Shown one piece after another: positions 9,213 to 18,792 of a stretch of 64,000 nt of DNA. Every line of letters begins with the position of its first letter. The first letter of the stretch is position 1. The stretch covers positions 2,853 through 66,852 of the forward strand of contig JAPVWO010000087.1 of the NCBI GenBank assembly GCA_027493375.1, read 5' to 3'. Source of the stretch: Candidatus Multivorans thiocomprendens. GTDB taxonomy: Bacteria; Acidobacteriota; Thermoanaerobaculia; Multivoradales; Multivoraceae. The translations under genes were made by a program, and so were the position numbers. The notes under the pieces were generated by a model. That model saw nothing but the letters and a program-made list of their open reading frames with translations, searched no databases and was not told the DNA's origin.

Positions 9213-10933
9213 GAGCCGGCCGCCGCGACGCGCGCGATCGCGTCGAGCTTCTCCCCCACCTCAGGATCGATCTCCTCTTCCGGCATGAACTCGACCAGCC
9301 GGTGCAGGTTCGCCTTCGCCATGCGGTTGGGTTCTCCCAGCTCCCGGAAGTACCCTTCGAACAACGGCACCAGGAAGTCGTCGCTCACCTTGCACTCATC
9401 GCTCCAGGGCGATGGGCGGCCAAGCCGCACCAGCGCGTTCTCGACCTCCAAGATCATCCGGCGCATCAGTTCGACCCTCCGACGGACCTCGGCATCGGCG
9501 AACAGAGGTCCGGGCGCCACCTCTCTCGCAAGCCACGACGCAAAGGACTCAAGCGTTGCCCGCGTGCAAAGGTAGTTCTCGGCTTCCCGGCGCCGCCACA
9601 ACTCTCGCGCGAGTCCGCCCCCAGGCTCCGTTTCCCGATCCGACTCGTCCATGATCGCGACGGCGCGCAGATCCGGACATGCTTCCCGCAGGCCGAAGAA
9701 GTGCGATTCCGCAGCGGAGATCCGGTTCCCGATGTAGCGCACGAGAGGCCGTTCCAGCGCCTTGATGGCAGCCGAGTGGCCCAGCTTCCTGGCGAATGCC
9801 TGGAGAATCGAAAGATCGGTGGATCCCTCCAGGTACAGAACCCACCCCGTCTGTCTGGCCTGAAGGTACTGGTCGAAGCCGATGCTGCGCAGCGCCTTCT
9901 TCACCTGACTGGGACCGCCGTCGACCCGATGCGGCTCCCCGATGAAGGCTATGACCGTGTCCGCTCCCGCGGCCTCGTTCAACAGCACCTCGGAGTGGCT
10001 TGCAACCAGGAGCTGGCTGTCGTGCTCCTCCGCAACATCGCGGATCAAACGGTAGATCTCCCGTTGGCGCAAGGTCTCCAGATGAGCATCCGGTTCGTCG
10101 ATCAGGAGCACCGTCTCGGGATTCAGTGCGAGATACGAAAGAAGGAGCAACGTTTGCTGGAGCCCCCTGCCGCTGGACGACAGATCGAGCAGCACTCTAC
10201 CTTCGCGGTACTCCATGGCGACTTCGCCCCGATCCGCAACGTAGCGCGGCGCGTCGATCTGGACTCCGAACAACCGCTCGATGGTGCGCACGACGAAATC
10301 CCAGTCGTCGGGCTCCTCGGTATGCAAACGATGGCACAGGTTGCGCAGCACTTCCGAAGTTCGCCCCTCGCCCAACCGGACATTGACCGCTCCGGGGTCG
10401 ATCCGCGCCTCGTTCGCCGCGAGCCCGGACATCGAAGGCAGGTAGGCCAGGCGTACCGCACTCGCCTGCTCCGGGACGGACATTCGTTTCGGCGTCCGAC
10501 CGGCGTCCAACCTCAGCGGGCGGCAGTAGAACGACTCCGCATTCGCGTAGTCGAACTCCAGACCGCAGGACCAGGCGTCCCCGCCGTCACGCCCTTCGAC
10601 AACCACGTCGACGCGGACGTTCTCCGTCCTCTGCCGTCCGTCTTCCACCCGGACGTTGCGGGTATGCAGGTATCGCCAGAGGAGGTTCGCCACCGGCACC
10701 GGCGCCGCGGTGAGGTCGCGCCGGTTGACGGCCACGCCGGGCCGTTTCTCCGGCGCCTTCTGGCCCTCCCTCTTCTCGTTCCAGCGCTTCAGACCGAGAT
10801 CCCAGAGCGCAAGTGCCTGGAGGGCGGACGTCTTGCCCGAGTTGTTCGGCCCAACGAACACCACCGGATTGCCGAGCTCGATCTCGACCTCCTCGAAGCG
10901 CTTGAAGTTGCGGATCGTGAGCTTGGTGAGCAT
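9209..10933 (-). CDS. ABC-type (SMC/OLD-like) ATPase fused to a Toprim/DUF4435-like C-terminal domain
   Basis: 574 aa. Walker A GPNNSGKTS, signature-like LSSSGRGLQQ, Walker B VLLIDEPDAHLE, H-loop VASHSEVLL. C-terminal WVLYLEGSTDLSILQAF (conserved Glu) followed ~50 aa later by VAIMDESD (DxD-like). Size and architecture are like OLD nucleases or fused AriA-AriB. Confidence 0.6.
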   Translation of the reverse strand: MLTKLTIRNFKRFEEVEIELGNPVVFVGPNNSGKTSALQALALWDLGLKRWNEKREGQKAPEKRPGVAVNRRDLTAAPVPVANLLWRYLHTRNVRVEDGRQRTENVRVDVVVEGRDGGDAWSCGLEFDYANAESFYCRPLRLDAGRTPKRMSVPEQASAVRLAYLPSMSGLAANEARIDPGAVNVRLGEGRTSEVLRNLCHRLHTEEPDDWDFVVRTIERLFGVQIDAPRYVADRGEVAMEYREGRVLLDLSSSGRGLQQTLLLLSYLALNPETVLLIDEPDAHLETLRQREIYRLIRDVAEEHDSQLLVASHSEVLLNEAAGADTVIAFIGEPHRVDGGPSQVKKALRSIGFDQYLQARQTGWVLYLEGSTDLSILQAFARKLGHSAAIKALERPLVRYIGNRISAAESHFFGLREACPDLRAVAIMDESDRETEPGGGLARELWRRREAENYLCTRATLESFASWLAREVAPGPLFADAEVRRRVELMRRMILEVENALVRLGRPSPWSDECKVSDDFLVPLFEGYFRELGEPNRMAKANLHRLVEFMPEEEIDPEVGEKLDAIARVAAAGS

Positions 10934-11066
10934 GCGCCGGGCCGGTGACGAGACCCGGCTACGTTAGCGCAGCGCTCGGCAGCCTCAGAGAATGCAGGGG
11001 CAAGCTACACTCACCGCTCCGGTTCCCCACTCGACAGCGCTTACGGCCCTGAAGGGCAAGCACACG

Positions 11067-12599
11067 ATGAGCCAACGCACACCCGTACTGGTCGGCATCG
11101 CGCAGGTGCTACAGCGCGCCGACGATCCGGCCGAAGCCCGTTCGCCGATCGCACTGATGGTCGAGGCGGTCGAGACCGGCCTCGACGACGCCAAGGCGCC
11201 CGGCCTGCGCGACAGGATCGATTCGGTGCGGGCGATGAAGGGCGTGTGGGGTTACCGGAACCCGGCGCTCATGGTGAGCGAGGCCCTCGGCCTCGCGGGG
11301 GTCGAGACCGGCCTCTCCGTGGTCGGCGGCAACCAGGTGCAGACGGTGTTCAACCAGAGTGCCCTGGACATCCAGAGCGGCCGGCGCGAGGCGATCGTGC
11401 TTTGCGCGGCCGAATGCGGCCGCACGATGGGCCGGGCGCGCAAGATGGGGATGGACCTCGACTGGCTGCAGGACGACGATCCTCCCAAGCTCCCGGACAC
11501 GAGTTACGGCGACACCCGCTGGACGCGGCACGAGATGGAGATGAACCGCGGCATCCAGCAGGCCGTCCAGTACTACTCCCTGTTCGACATTGCACTGCGG
11601 AAGCAGGGCGGCGAAACGGTCGAGGGCCACCTCGCCCGCATCGCCGAACTCTGGGCGGGATTCAACCGCGTGGCTCAGGAGAATCCCAACGCGTGGATCC
11701 GGACGCCTCTGACCGCCGCCGAGATCGGCACGGTGTCGCCCGCCAACCGGGCCGTGACCTTCCCCTACACGAAGCTGATGAACGCGAACATGCGCGTCGA
11801 CATGGCGGCGGCGCTCGTGCTCTGCTCGCTGGATGTGGCGCTCGCGTTGGGCGTACCGCGGTCGAAGATGGTCTTTCCGGTCAGCGGCGCCGACGCCGTC
11901 GACCACTACTTCGTCTCCGAGCGCGACAATCTCCACTCGTCGCCGGCGATTCGGCTGGCCGGCAAACGGGCGCTTGAACTCGCCGGCATCGAAGCGGCCG
12001 ATCTCGACTTCGTCGATGTCTACAGTTGCTTCCCGAGTTCCGTGCAGGTGGCGGCAAGAGAGCTCGGTCTCGATCCAAAGCGCCCGCTCACCGTCACCGG
12101 CGGTCTCACCTTCGGTGGCGGACCGCTCAACAGCTACGTCATGCACTCGATCGCCCGCACGGCCGAACTCCTGCGCCAAACGGACGACGGCCGCGCCCTC
12201 GTCACCGCGAACGGCGGCATGCTGACCAAGCACTCCTTCGGTGTCTACAGCGCCGGGGAACCGGATCGACCCTACCGGCACGAGGACCTGACCGCCGAGG
12301 TCCACGCACTCCCGAAGCGCGAAGCCGTGGCCGACTACGCGGGGCCGGCCGAGATCGAGTCCTACACCGTCATGTTCGGCGGCGGCAGCGCGAAGTCGAC
12401 CTCGTACCGTTCGACCTACGGCGAGCGCGAAGCGCCGAGCTTCGAACCCACCGTCGCACATCTGGCCTGCCGCCTGCCGGACGGCCGGAGGAGCTGGGCC
12501 AACGTCGAAGATCCCGACACGCTGGGCGCCATGTGCGAACAGGAGTTCTGCGGCCGACCAGTCCAACTCGACGGCGGCGGCGCCGCCGAATGCCGATGA
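11067..12599 (+). CDS. thiolase-like acetyl-CoA acetyltransferase family protein
   Basis: VLVGIAQV N-terminus. SCFPSSVQVAARELGL and NGGMLTKH thiolase C-terminal blocks. ATG at 11067 preferred over the ORF-track start at 10992. Confidence 0.7.
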   Translation: MSQRTPVLVGIAQVLQRADDPAEARSPIALMVEAVETGLDDAKAPGLRDRIDSVRAMKGVWGYRNPALMVSEALGLAGVETGLSVVGGNQVQTVFNQSALDIQSGRREAIVLCAAECGRTMGRARKMGMDLDWLQDDDPPKLPDTSYGDTRWTRHEMEMNRGIQQAVQYYSLFDIALRKQGGETVEGHLARIAELWAGFNRVAQENPNAWIRTPLTAAEIGTVSPANRAVTFPYTKLMNANMRVDMAAALVLCSLDVALALGVPRSKMVFPVSGADAVDHYFVSERDNLHSSPAIRLAGKRALELAGIEAADLDFVDVYSCFPSSVQVAARELGLDPKRPLTVTGGLTFGGGPLNSYVMHSIARTAELLRQTDDGRALVTANGGMLTKHSFGVYSAGEPDRPYRHEDLTAEVHALPKREAVADYAGPAEIESYTVMFGGGSAKSTSYRSTYGEREAPSFEPTVAHLACRLPDGRRSWANVEDPDTLGAMCEQEFCGRPVQLDGGGAAECR

Positions 12600-14332
12600 T
12601 CATTCGCCTCGCCACGGCCGGCCTCGCCGCCCTGCTGCTGACGGGCTGCCTGGGCCACCCCGCCGCGCCGGCCCGGAGCGCGATGTTCGACTACGACCCG
12701 GGCATGGACCCGATCTCCAACCCCGATTCGCTGTTCGCGCCCTTCGACCCCGAGCGGGCCGACACCGAGGCCACGATCAACCGCTACTCGCTCGACCAGC
12801 CGACCTCGCTCAACCCGCTCTTCATCCGCGCCTGGACCGACGGCTTCCTCTACCGCCTGCTGTTCGACCCGATCGCGCACCGCGCCCCGGACCTCACCGC
12901 GGAGTGGAACCCGGCGATGGTGGACCAGGTCGAGGAGCTGGAGGGCGGTCTCGTCCACCGCATCAAGCTTCACGCCGGCATGCGCTGGCACGACGGCGCG
13001 CCGGTCACCTCCGAAGACGTCCGCTTTTCCCTGGAGGCGATCGCCGACGACAACGTGCCGGCGGTCGACTACAAGTACAAGGCGGCCGAGATCGAGGAGA
13101 TCCGCATCATCGACGACATCACCTTCGACGTCGTCCACCGCCAGGTCTCGGCGCTCCGCATCGACAACCTCTACTTCCCCATCGTCCCGGCGCACATCCT
13201 GAACAACCCGGAGGAGCGCGCGGCCGATCCGACCCTGCGCACCAGCCCCTACTACAACCGCTACCTGCGGGAACTCGGCATCGGCAACGGGCCGTTCCGC
13301 TTCGTCGAGTGGATCCATGCCGACCGCGTCGTCGTCGAACGCTGGGAGGACTACCACCACCAGAAGCCGCCCATCCGCCGTCAGGCGATCACGACCCACA
13401 GCGACCGCAACGCCGCCCTGCTCCAGTTCCGCAAGGGACAGCTCGACGACATCTGGCTGACCGTCCAGCAGCACGGCAGCCAGACCAACGACGAGGAGTT
13501 CCACGCCGGCGGCGTCAAGGCCTGGGGGCCGCGCTGGATGCAGGCCTACATCGGCTGGCAGCAGGGCGGCAACAACCACTTCTTCGGCGATGTCCGGGTG
13601 CGGCGCGCGATGGCCCACGCCTACGATGCCGAGCGCGTCCTGCGGCAGGTGAGTTGGAACGTCTATACGCGCTCGAACGGCATGTTCCCGCCCAGCCACT
13701 GGAGCCACAATCCCGATGTCGAGCCGCTCGAGTACGACCTCGAGAAGGCCGCCGCCCTGCTCGACGAGGCCGGCTGGCTGACCAGCCCCGACGACGGCTG
13801 GCGGTACAAGGAGATCGACGGCGAGGAGGTGCAGTTCCACTTCATGATGAACCTGCCCCAGTCCTTCGTCGACGCCCGCCGCATGGTCGACATCTACCGC
13901 GACGACCTGCGCCGCATCGGCGTCTCCTTCGACACCGAGATCCAGGAGAACGCGAGCCGCTCGCCGCTGCTGATCCAGCACGAGATGATCGCCCACGTCG
14001 ACACCTACCAGGTCTTCGCCGACCCCGACATCTGGCGCAACTTCTTCCACAGCGAAGCGATCGACAACGGCCGCAACTACGACAGCTACAGCAACCCCAA
14101 GGTCGACGAACTCTTCGACCGCTCCCGCATGGAACTCGACCGCGACCGCCGCGCCGAACTGCTGCGCGAACTGCAGGCCCACGTCCAGGCCGACCAGCCC
14201 GCCCTGTTCCTGTGGAACTACAGCACCACCTGGGGCTTCAGCAAGCGGATGCGCGGCGTCGAGCTCGGCCCGGCGGGCGTCACCGCGTTCGTCCCCGGTA
14301 CGCGGGCGTGGTGGGTTGAGAAGGAAGAATAG
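12590..14332 (+). CDS. ABC transporter substrate-binding lipoprotein, family 5 (peptide/nickel type)
   Basis: In-frame ATG at 12590 gives MPMIIRLATAGLAALLLTGCLG (lipobox). The rest has SBP_bac_5-like blocks (WHDGAPVTSEDVRFS, NPKVDELF..., QPALFLWN). Overlaps the thiolase stop by 10 nt. The upstream 188 codons of the ORF-track entry are not coding. Confidence 0.8.
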   Translation: MPMIIRLATAGLAALLLTGCLGHPAAPARSAMFDYDPGMDPISNPDSLFAPFDPERADTEATINRYSLDQPTSLNPLFIRAWTDGFLYRLLFDPIAHRAPDLTAEWNPAMVDQVEELEGGLVHRIKLHAGMRWHDGAPVTSEDVRFSLEAIADDNVPAVDYKYKAAEIEEIRIIDDITFDVVHRQVSALRIDNLYFPIVPAHILNNPEERAADPTLRTSPYYNRYLRELGIGNGPFRFVEWIHADRVVVERWEDYHHQKPPIRRQAITTHSDRNAALLQFRKGQLDDIWLTVQQHGSQTNDEEFHAGGVKAWGPRWMQAYIGWQQGGNNHFFGDVRVRRAMAHAYDAERVLRQVSWNVYTRSNGMFPPSHWSHNPDVEPLEYDLEKAAALLDEAGWLTSPDDGWRYKEIDGEEVQFHFMMNLPQSFVDARRMVDIYRDDLRRIGVSFDTEIQENASRSPLLIQHEMIAHVDTYQVFADPDIWRNFFHSEAIDNGRNYDSYSNPKVDELFDRSRMELDRDRRAELLRELQAHVQADQPALFLWNYSTTWGFSKRMRGVELGPAGVTAFVPGTRAWWVEKEE

Positions 14333-14365
14333 GGTCCGTCCCTCACGCCGGGTTATACTCCCGGT

Positions 14366-14608
14366 ATGAAGACTGCGGTTTCGATCCCGGACGACATCTA
14401 CGCGCGAGCCGAGCTTCTTGCCCGTCAGGCTGGCCGATCGCGAAGCGACGTGTACGCCGCCGCCCTCGACGAGTACGTCGCGCGCCACGCACCCGACGAG
14501 ATCACGGACGAGATGAACCGGGTCTGCGACGCTCTGGGGGAGGACAAGGAGGAGGATGGCTTCCTCGCCGCCGCCGCACACCGCGCCCTCCGACGCGTCG
14601 AGTGGTGA
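14366..14608 (+). CDS. type II antitoxin, ribbon-helix-helix (CopG/MazE-like)
   Basis: 80 aa. MKTAVSIPDDIYARAELLARQAGRSRSDVYAAALDEYV is a classic RHH N-terminus. Overlaps the toxin gene by 7 nt. Confidence 0.8.
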   Translation: MKTAVSIPDDIYARAELLARQAGRSRSDVYAAALDEYVARHAPDEITDEMNRVCDALGEDKEEDGFLAAAAHRALRRVEW

Positions 14609-14949
14609 TCAGCCAGGGCGATGTCTCCTGGGCTGAACTGCCCGAGCCGACGGGATCGGGACCAGGATTCCGCCGGCCGGTAGTCGTCGTCCAAGGCGAC
14701 GCATTGAACCGAAGTCGAGTAGCGACCGTCGCCTGCGTACCGCTGACCAGCAATCTTCGCTGGGCTGACGCTCCCGGCAACGTCCGACTGACCAGGCGGC
14801 TGACGGGATTGCCAAAGGACTCGGTCGCCAACGTCTCGCAAGTGATCGCTCTCGACCGGGTGCTCCTGGAACCTGCCGTCGCTCGCATTCCGCAAGCCAA
14901 GATCGACCTCGTTCTCTCCGGGATCGATACCGTCCTCGGACGAGAGTGA
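14602..14949 (+). CDS. type II toxin, MazF/PemK family endoribonuclease
   Basis: 115 aa. GDVSWAELPEPTGSGPGFRRPVVVVQGDALN ... VACVPLTSN ... SVANVSQVIALDR matches the PemK/MazF pattern. Confidence 0.85.
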   Translation: MVISQGDVSWAELPEPTGSGPGFRRPVVVVQGDALNRSRVATVACVPLTSNLRWADAPGNVRLTRRLTGLPKDSVANVSQVIALDRVLLEPAVARIPQAKIDLVLSGIDTVLGRE

Positions 14950-15033
14950 CGCTCTGGACTCGGCCCTTTCGAGGGCCGCCCTCCCCTCGGGCAGGTTGCA
15001 GACTTGGTCTCTCTTCTGGTCCACTACCAGACC

Positions 15034-15340
15034 ATGCGGCGCCTCAACATCTCCGACGCGAAGACGCACCTCTCAAGGTACTTGAAGCGAGTCGAGCGGG
15101 GGAGACGATCCTCCTCTGCCGGCGCAATCTCCCGACCGCGGAGATTCGGCCGCTGGACCGAGATACCGCCACGCTGCGCCCCGTCGGCACGGTGCCCGAC
15201 CTCAGAGTTTCTCCCGAGTTCTTCGACCCTCTGCCGGACGATGTCCTCCGTGCCTTTGAAGGCGGCGCCCCGAGGAAGAAAGCGAGTCCACTTGAAGCTC
15301 CTGGCCGACGCCCGTGCGTTTCCTCTGGCTCGCCGCTGAC
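15034..15340 (+). pseudogene. decayed Phd/YefM-type antitoxin (frameshifted) plus truncated VapC/PIN toxin N-terminus
   Basis: MRRLNISDAKTHLSRYLKRVERG (frame of 15034) continues as ETILLCRRNLPTAEIRPL...VSPEFFDPLPDDVLRAFEGG in another frame. The shift maps to the G5 run at 15098-15102. TTG at 15292 then gives KLLADARAF and, after another shift, LWLAADNPLQ, the start of a PIN toxin. This ends after ~25 codons. Confidence 0.7.
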
Positions 15341-15369
15341 AATCCGCTCCAAGCAACGGGAGACGAACC

Positions 15370-15651
15370 GTGATCCTGCTGGTCCGCAACCGCGTGAAAC
15401 ACATCGACCATTGGAAGCGTGTCTTCGACGAGCAGGAGGGCGCCGGGATGGCTGCCGGCCTGTCGGTCCGGCACGTCTGGCGCTCGGCCGACAAGACCGA
15501 TGAGGTGTTCTTCATCCTCGGTGTAGAGGACCGGGCAATGGCCGAGGCGTACATGGCGACGCCTGAAGCCGCAGCCGTCGGCGAAGAAGCAGGCGCGATC
15601 GACGGTGAGTACTGGTTCCTGGAGGACTTCTCGGCAACCAAGGAAGGTTGA
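15370..15651 (+). CDS. small hypothetical protein (possible ferredoxin-like alpha+beta fold)
   Basis: 93-aa ORF with GTG start. VRNRVKHIDHWKRVFDE...VFFILGVEDRAMAEAYM resembles small stress/ABM-like proteins. No firm family call. Confidence 0.4.
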   Translation: MILLVRNRVKHIDHWKRVFDEQEGAGMAAGLSVRHVWRSADKTDEVFFILGVEDRAMAEAYMATPEAAAVGEEAGAIDGEYWFLEDFSATKEG

Positions 15652-15726
15652 GTCGGGCCGGGATCTACTGGCCGGATCCTCCGCCACCGCAGCGAGGCGC
15701 GGCAACGGCGCTATCCTTCCGCCGAA

Positions 15727-18700
15727 GTGGCCGCCCCCACGATCTTCGAGACCTGCCAGCCCCGCGACGACATCCTCCGCGGGGCCGTGACCGATGCCGA
15801 CTTCGCCGCCGATCTCGCGTCGGTCCTGAGCGGTTCCGGCAGTCCGGCCTACGCCGACCCCGCCCGGTTCTTCGCCAACACTTATCCCACGCGCGGTCTG
15901 CGGAATCTGCTCGCGAACGTCTGCCGCCGCCTGAGCGGGGCCGGCGGCGAGGCCGCGGCGATCTTCCGGCTCGACACCTCCTACGGCGGCGGCAAGACGC
16001 ACGGCCTCATCGCGCTGGTCCATGCGGCGCAGGGCATGCACGGCGTCGCCGACGCTTCCGAGTTCCTCGACCCGTCGCTGCTGCCAGCGGGCAAGGTGCG
16101 CGTCGCGGCATTCGACGGCGAGAACGCCGACCCCGCCAACGGGCGGGCGCTCGGCGACGGCGTTCTGGCCTACACGCCGTGGGGCGAGATCGCTTACGCT
16201 CTCGCCGGCCCGCCGGGTTACGAGCGCGTACGCAAGAGCGACGAGCTGCGGGCGGCGCCCGGGGCCGGAACGCTCCAGGAGCTGTTCGGCGGCGAGCCGA
16301 CCCTCATCCTGCTCGACGAGCTCTCCGTGTATCTGCGCAAGGTCCGGCGGCTCGACGATGCACGAGACCAGTTGACCGCCTTTCTGACCTCACTGTTCAA
16401 GGCGATCGAGAACGCACCGAAAGCCGCCCTGGTCTACACGCTGGCGATCGGCAAGGCAGACGGCGGCGCGCCGGACGCTTACAGCGAGGAGAACCGCTTC
16501 ATCGCCGACCAGATGGCCGAAGCCGAAAGCGTCTCCGCCCGCAAGGCGACGCTCCTCAACCCGACCGCGGACGACGAGACGATCCAGGTGCTCCGGCGGA
16601 GGCTCTTCGAGAGCATCGATCCTGACGCGGCGGCCGACGTCGCCGGCAAGTACCGCGGGCTCTGGTCCGCTCACGCCGACTCGCTTCCGACTTCGGTCAA
16701 CCCGTCCTCCAACGCAGAGACTTTCGCCGACAGCTACCCACTGCACCCCGAAGTCCTGGAGACCCTGACCGGCAAGACGGCGACCCTCGCCACCTTCCAG
16801 CGCGTGCGCGGCATGTTGCGGTTGCTGGCGCGCACGGTCGGCCAGTTGTGGGAAGAGCACCCGGACGACGCCACGGCCATCCACCTGCACCACATCGACC
16901 CCGGACACGAGCCGATTCGCCAGGAGATACTCACCCGGTTGGGCCAGGACGCCTACGCACCCGCCATCGCCAACGACATTGCGGGCCCGGCCGGCAGGAG
17001 ATCGCTCGCCCAGGAGATCGACGCCACCAACCACGGCAGTCTGCCACCGTACGCGGAGTACGCCGCGCGGACGATCTTCATGCATACGCTGGCGTTCAAC
17101 GAACCGCTCAAGGGACTGGCGCCCGACCAACTGCGCTACTCCATGCTCGGCCCTGAGCTGGACATCAGCTTCATCGAGAAAGCGCGCAAGAACTTCGTCA
17201 CCGAGTCCGCGTACCTGGACGACCGGCCCGCCGCGCCGCTGCGCTTCCTGGCCGAGGCGAACCTGAGCCAGATCATCCGGCGCGAGGAACAGCACATTGA
17301 CAGCGCCGAGGCTCAAGCTGAATTGAACGACCGCATCCGCCGGATCTTCGACGGTCCGGTCTTCGACGCGATCACCTTTCCGGGTGGCCCCTTCGACGTG
17401 CCGGACGAAGTGGGCGACGGCTGCCCCAAGCTCGTCGTCGTCTCCTACGACGCGGTATCCGTTGGGGCAACGGTCGACGAAGTGCCCGACTTGGTGGAAC
17501 GGATCTACTCGCGGAAGGGTGCGGAGAGCCTCTCGCTACGGGCTCTTCGGAATCACCTGGTCTTCGTCGCGGCCGAGGAAGCGCGCAAGTCGAACATGCA
17601 GGATCGGAGCCGCCGGCGGCTGGCGCTGCGCGAGCTGAAGAAGCCGGAACGTTTGGCTGAGTTGGCCGAACACCAGCAGGACCAGGTGCGCGAACAGCAC
17701 CGCCGTTCCGAGCAGGAGCTCGCGGTGGCGATTCAACAGGCATACCGGCACGTCTTCTACCCGTCCCGAAACCGGCTCGGAAGCCATCTCGTTGACCTTG
17801 CGCACACGGCCATTGACATGCAGTCGTCCTCGGAGAGCCCCGGCGCCGGCCAGCGGCAGATCGTCCGCGCGCTGCGCGACCTCGGCAAGCTGCGGCTATC
17901 GGAGGATCAGCCGGACTCTCCGGCCTACGTTCGCGACCGCACGCCGCTGAAGAAGGGACAAATCTCGACCGGCGTCCTTCGCGATGAGTTCCGTCGCGAC
18001 CCTGGACTCCCCATGCTCTCGGGGAACGATGTCTTCATCCGGGGAATCCGCCGGGGCGTTGAACTCGGCGAGTACGTCTACCAGCGCGGAGATCTCCTCT
18101 ACGGTCCCGGCGACCCGGCTCCGACGATCGAGATCGACGAACAGTCGATGATCTTCACCATGGCCTATGCCAGAAACGAGTTGATCTGGCCGCGGCCGAG
18201 CAACGAAGAACTGAAGCCGGGCACGTCCAGCGAGATCCGGGACAAACCAGACGGCCCAGAGCCTTCGCCCGAATCGGGGTTCGCTGTCACGACGGTGCCC
18301 GCCGAGTTCTCCGCCGAGGGACCTTTCAGTGAGGCGCTCATCAAGCTTTGGGAGCAGGCGCGCGACCGGCAGGTCGAGGCGCTCGCAATCTTGACTATCT
18401 CGATGTTCGAGGCGCGCGACGCGTTTCCCATGGTGAACGCGGTCAACGCGGTGTCCGGAGCGACAAAGACGATCCGGTTCGAAGGCGGCTACGAGACTCG
18501 CGACGGCGGTACTCTCGAACTGGCCTTCAGGGGCCCGCCCTCCGACGCCCAACCAGTGCGCGAGTTCCTCCAGCCGCAGTTCCGGGACGCCCCCGAGTCG
18601 ACGATTGAGGCCGCGTTCCACCTGGAGTTCACAGACGGCCTGCCGCTGGACGGCGACGCGCCTGAGCAACTCGCCGGCCAACTGACCCGGTTTGCTGGGG

Positions 18701-18792
18701 GCGCCGCACACGTCTCCGCGTCCGCACAGGCCTGCCCGGCGGACCAGCCATCCAAAGACGACAGGCCTGCCGATGACGGGGACACGGCATGA
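15727..18792 (+). CDS. DUF499-type P-loop ATPase (defence-island ATPase)
   Basis: 1021 aa. N-terminus FETCQPRDDILRG..DFAADLASVL...FFANTYPTRGLRNLL...LDTSYGGGKTHGLIAL (Walker A-like GGGKTH). Walker B LILLDELSVYL. GTG start. Stop overlaps the next start (ATGA 18789-18792). Confidence 0.75.
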   Translation: MAAPTIFETCQPRDDILRGAVTDADFAADLASVLSGSGSPAYADPARFFANTYPTRGLRNLLANVCRRLSGAGGEAAAIFRLDTSYGGGKTHGLIALVHAAQGMHGVADASEFLDPSLLPAGKVRVAAFDGENADPANGRALGDGVLAYTPWGEIAYALAGPPGYERVRKSDELRAAPGAGTLQELFGGEPTLILLDELSVYLRKVRRLDDARDQLTAFLTSLFKAIENAPKAALVYTLAIGKADGGAPDAYSEENRFIADQMAEAESVSARKATLLNPTADDETIQVLRRRLFESIDPDAAADVAGKYRGLWSAHADSLPTSVNPSSNAETFADSYPLHPEVLETLTGKTATLATFQRVRGMLRLLARTVGQLWEEHPDDATAIHLHHIDPGHEPIRQEILTRLGQDAYAPAIANDIAGPAGRRSLAQEIDATNHGSLPPYAEYAARTIFMHTLAFNEPLKGLAPDQLRYSMLGPELDISFIEKARKNFVTESAYLDDRPAAPLRFLAEANLSQIIRREEQHIDSAEAQAELNDRIRRIFDGPVFDAITFPGGPFDVPDEVGDGCPKLVVVSYDAVSVGATVDEVPDLVERIYSRKGAESLSLRALRNHLVFVAAEEARKSNMQDRSRRRLALRELKKPERLAELAEHQQDQVREQHRRSEQELAVAIQQAYRHVFYPSRNRLGSHLVDLAHTAIDMQSSSESPGAGQRQIVRALRDLGKLRLSEDQPDSPAYVRDRTPLKKGQISTGVLRDEFRRDPGLPMLSGNDVFIRGIRRGVELGEYVYQRGDLLYGPGDPAPTIEIDEQSMIFTMAYARNELIWPRPSNEELKPGTSSEIRDKPDGPEPSPESGFAVTTVPAEFSAEGPFSEALIKLWEQARDRQVEALAILTISMFEARDAFPMVNAVNAVSGATKTIRFEGGYETRDGGTLELAFRGPPSDAQPVREFLQPQFRDAPESTIEAAFHLEFTDGLPLDGDAPEQLAGQLTRFAGGAAHVSASAQACPADQPSKDDRPADDGDTA

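Noticed and set aside
12416-14581. 721-aa minus-strand ORF
   Set aside because: It is antisense to the well-supported family-5 SBP gene. Its product is Gly/Val/Asp/Arg-rich low-complexity sequence typical of shadow ORFs in >65% GC DNA. The same reasoning rejects 49266-51830(+), 26105-27568(-), 32182-34095(+), 59378-61222(-), 56509-58749(-) and most other long overlapping entries in the track.
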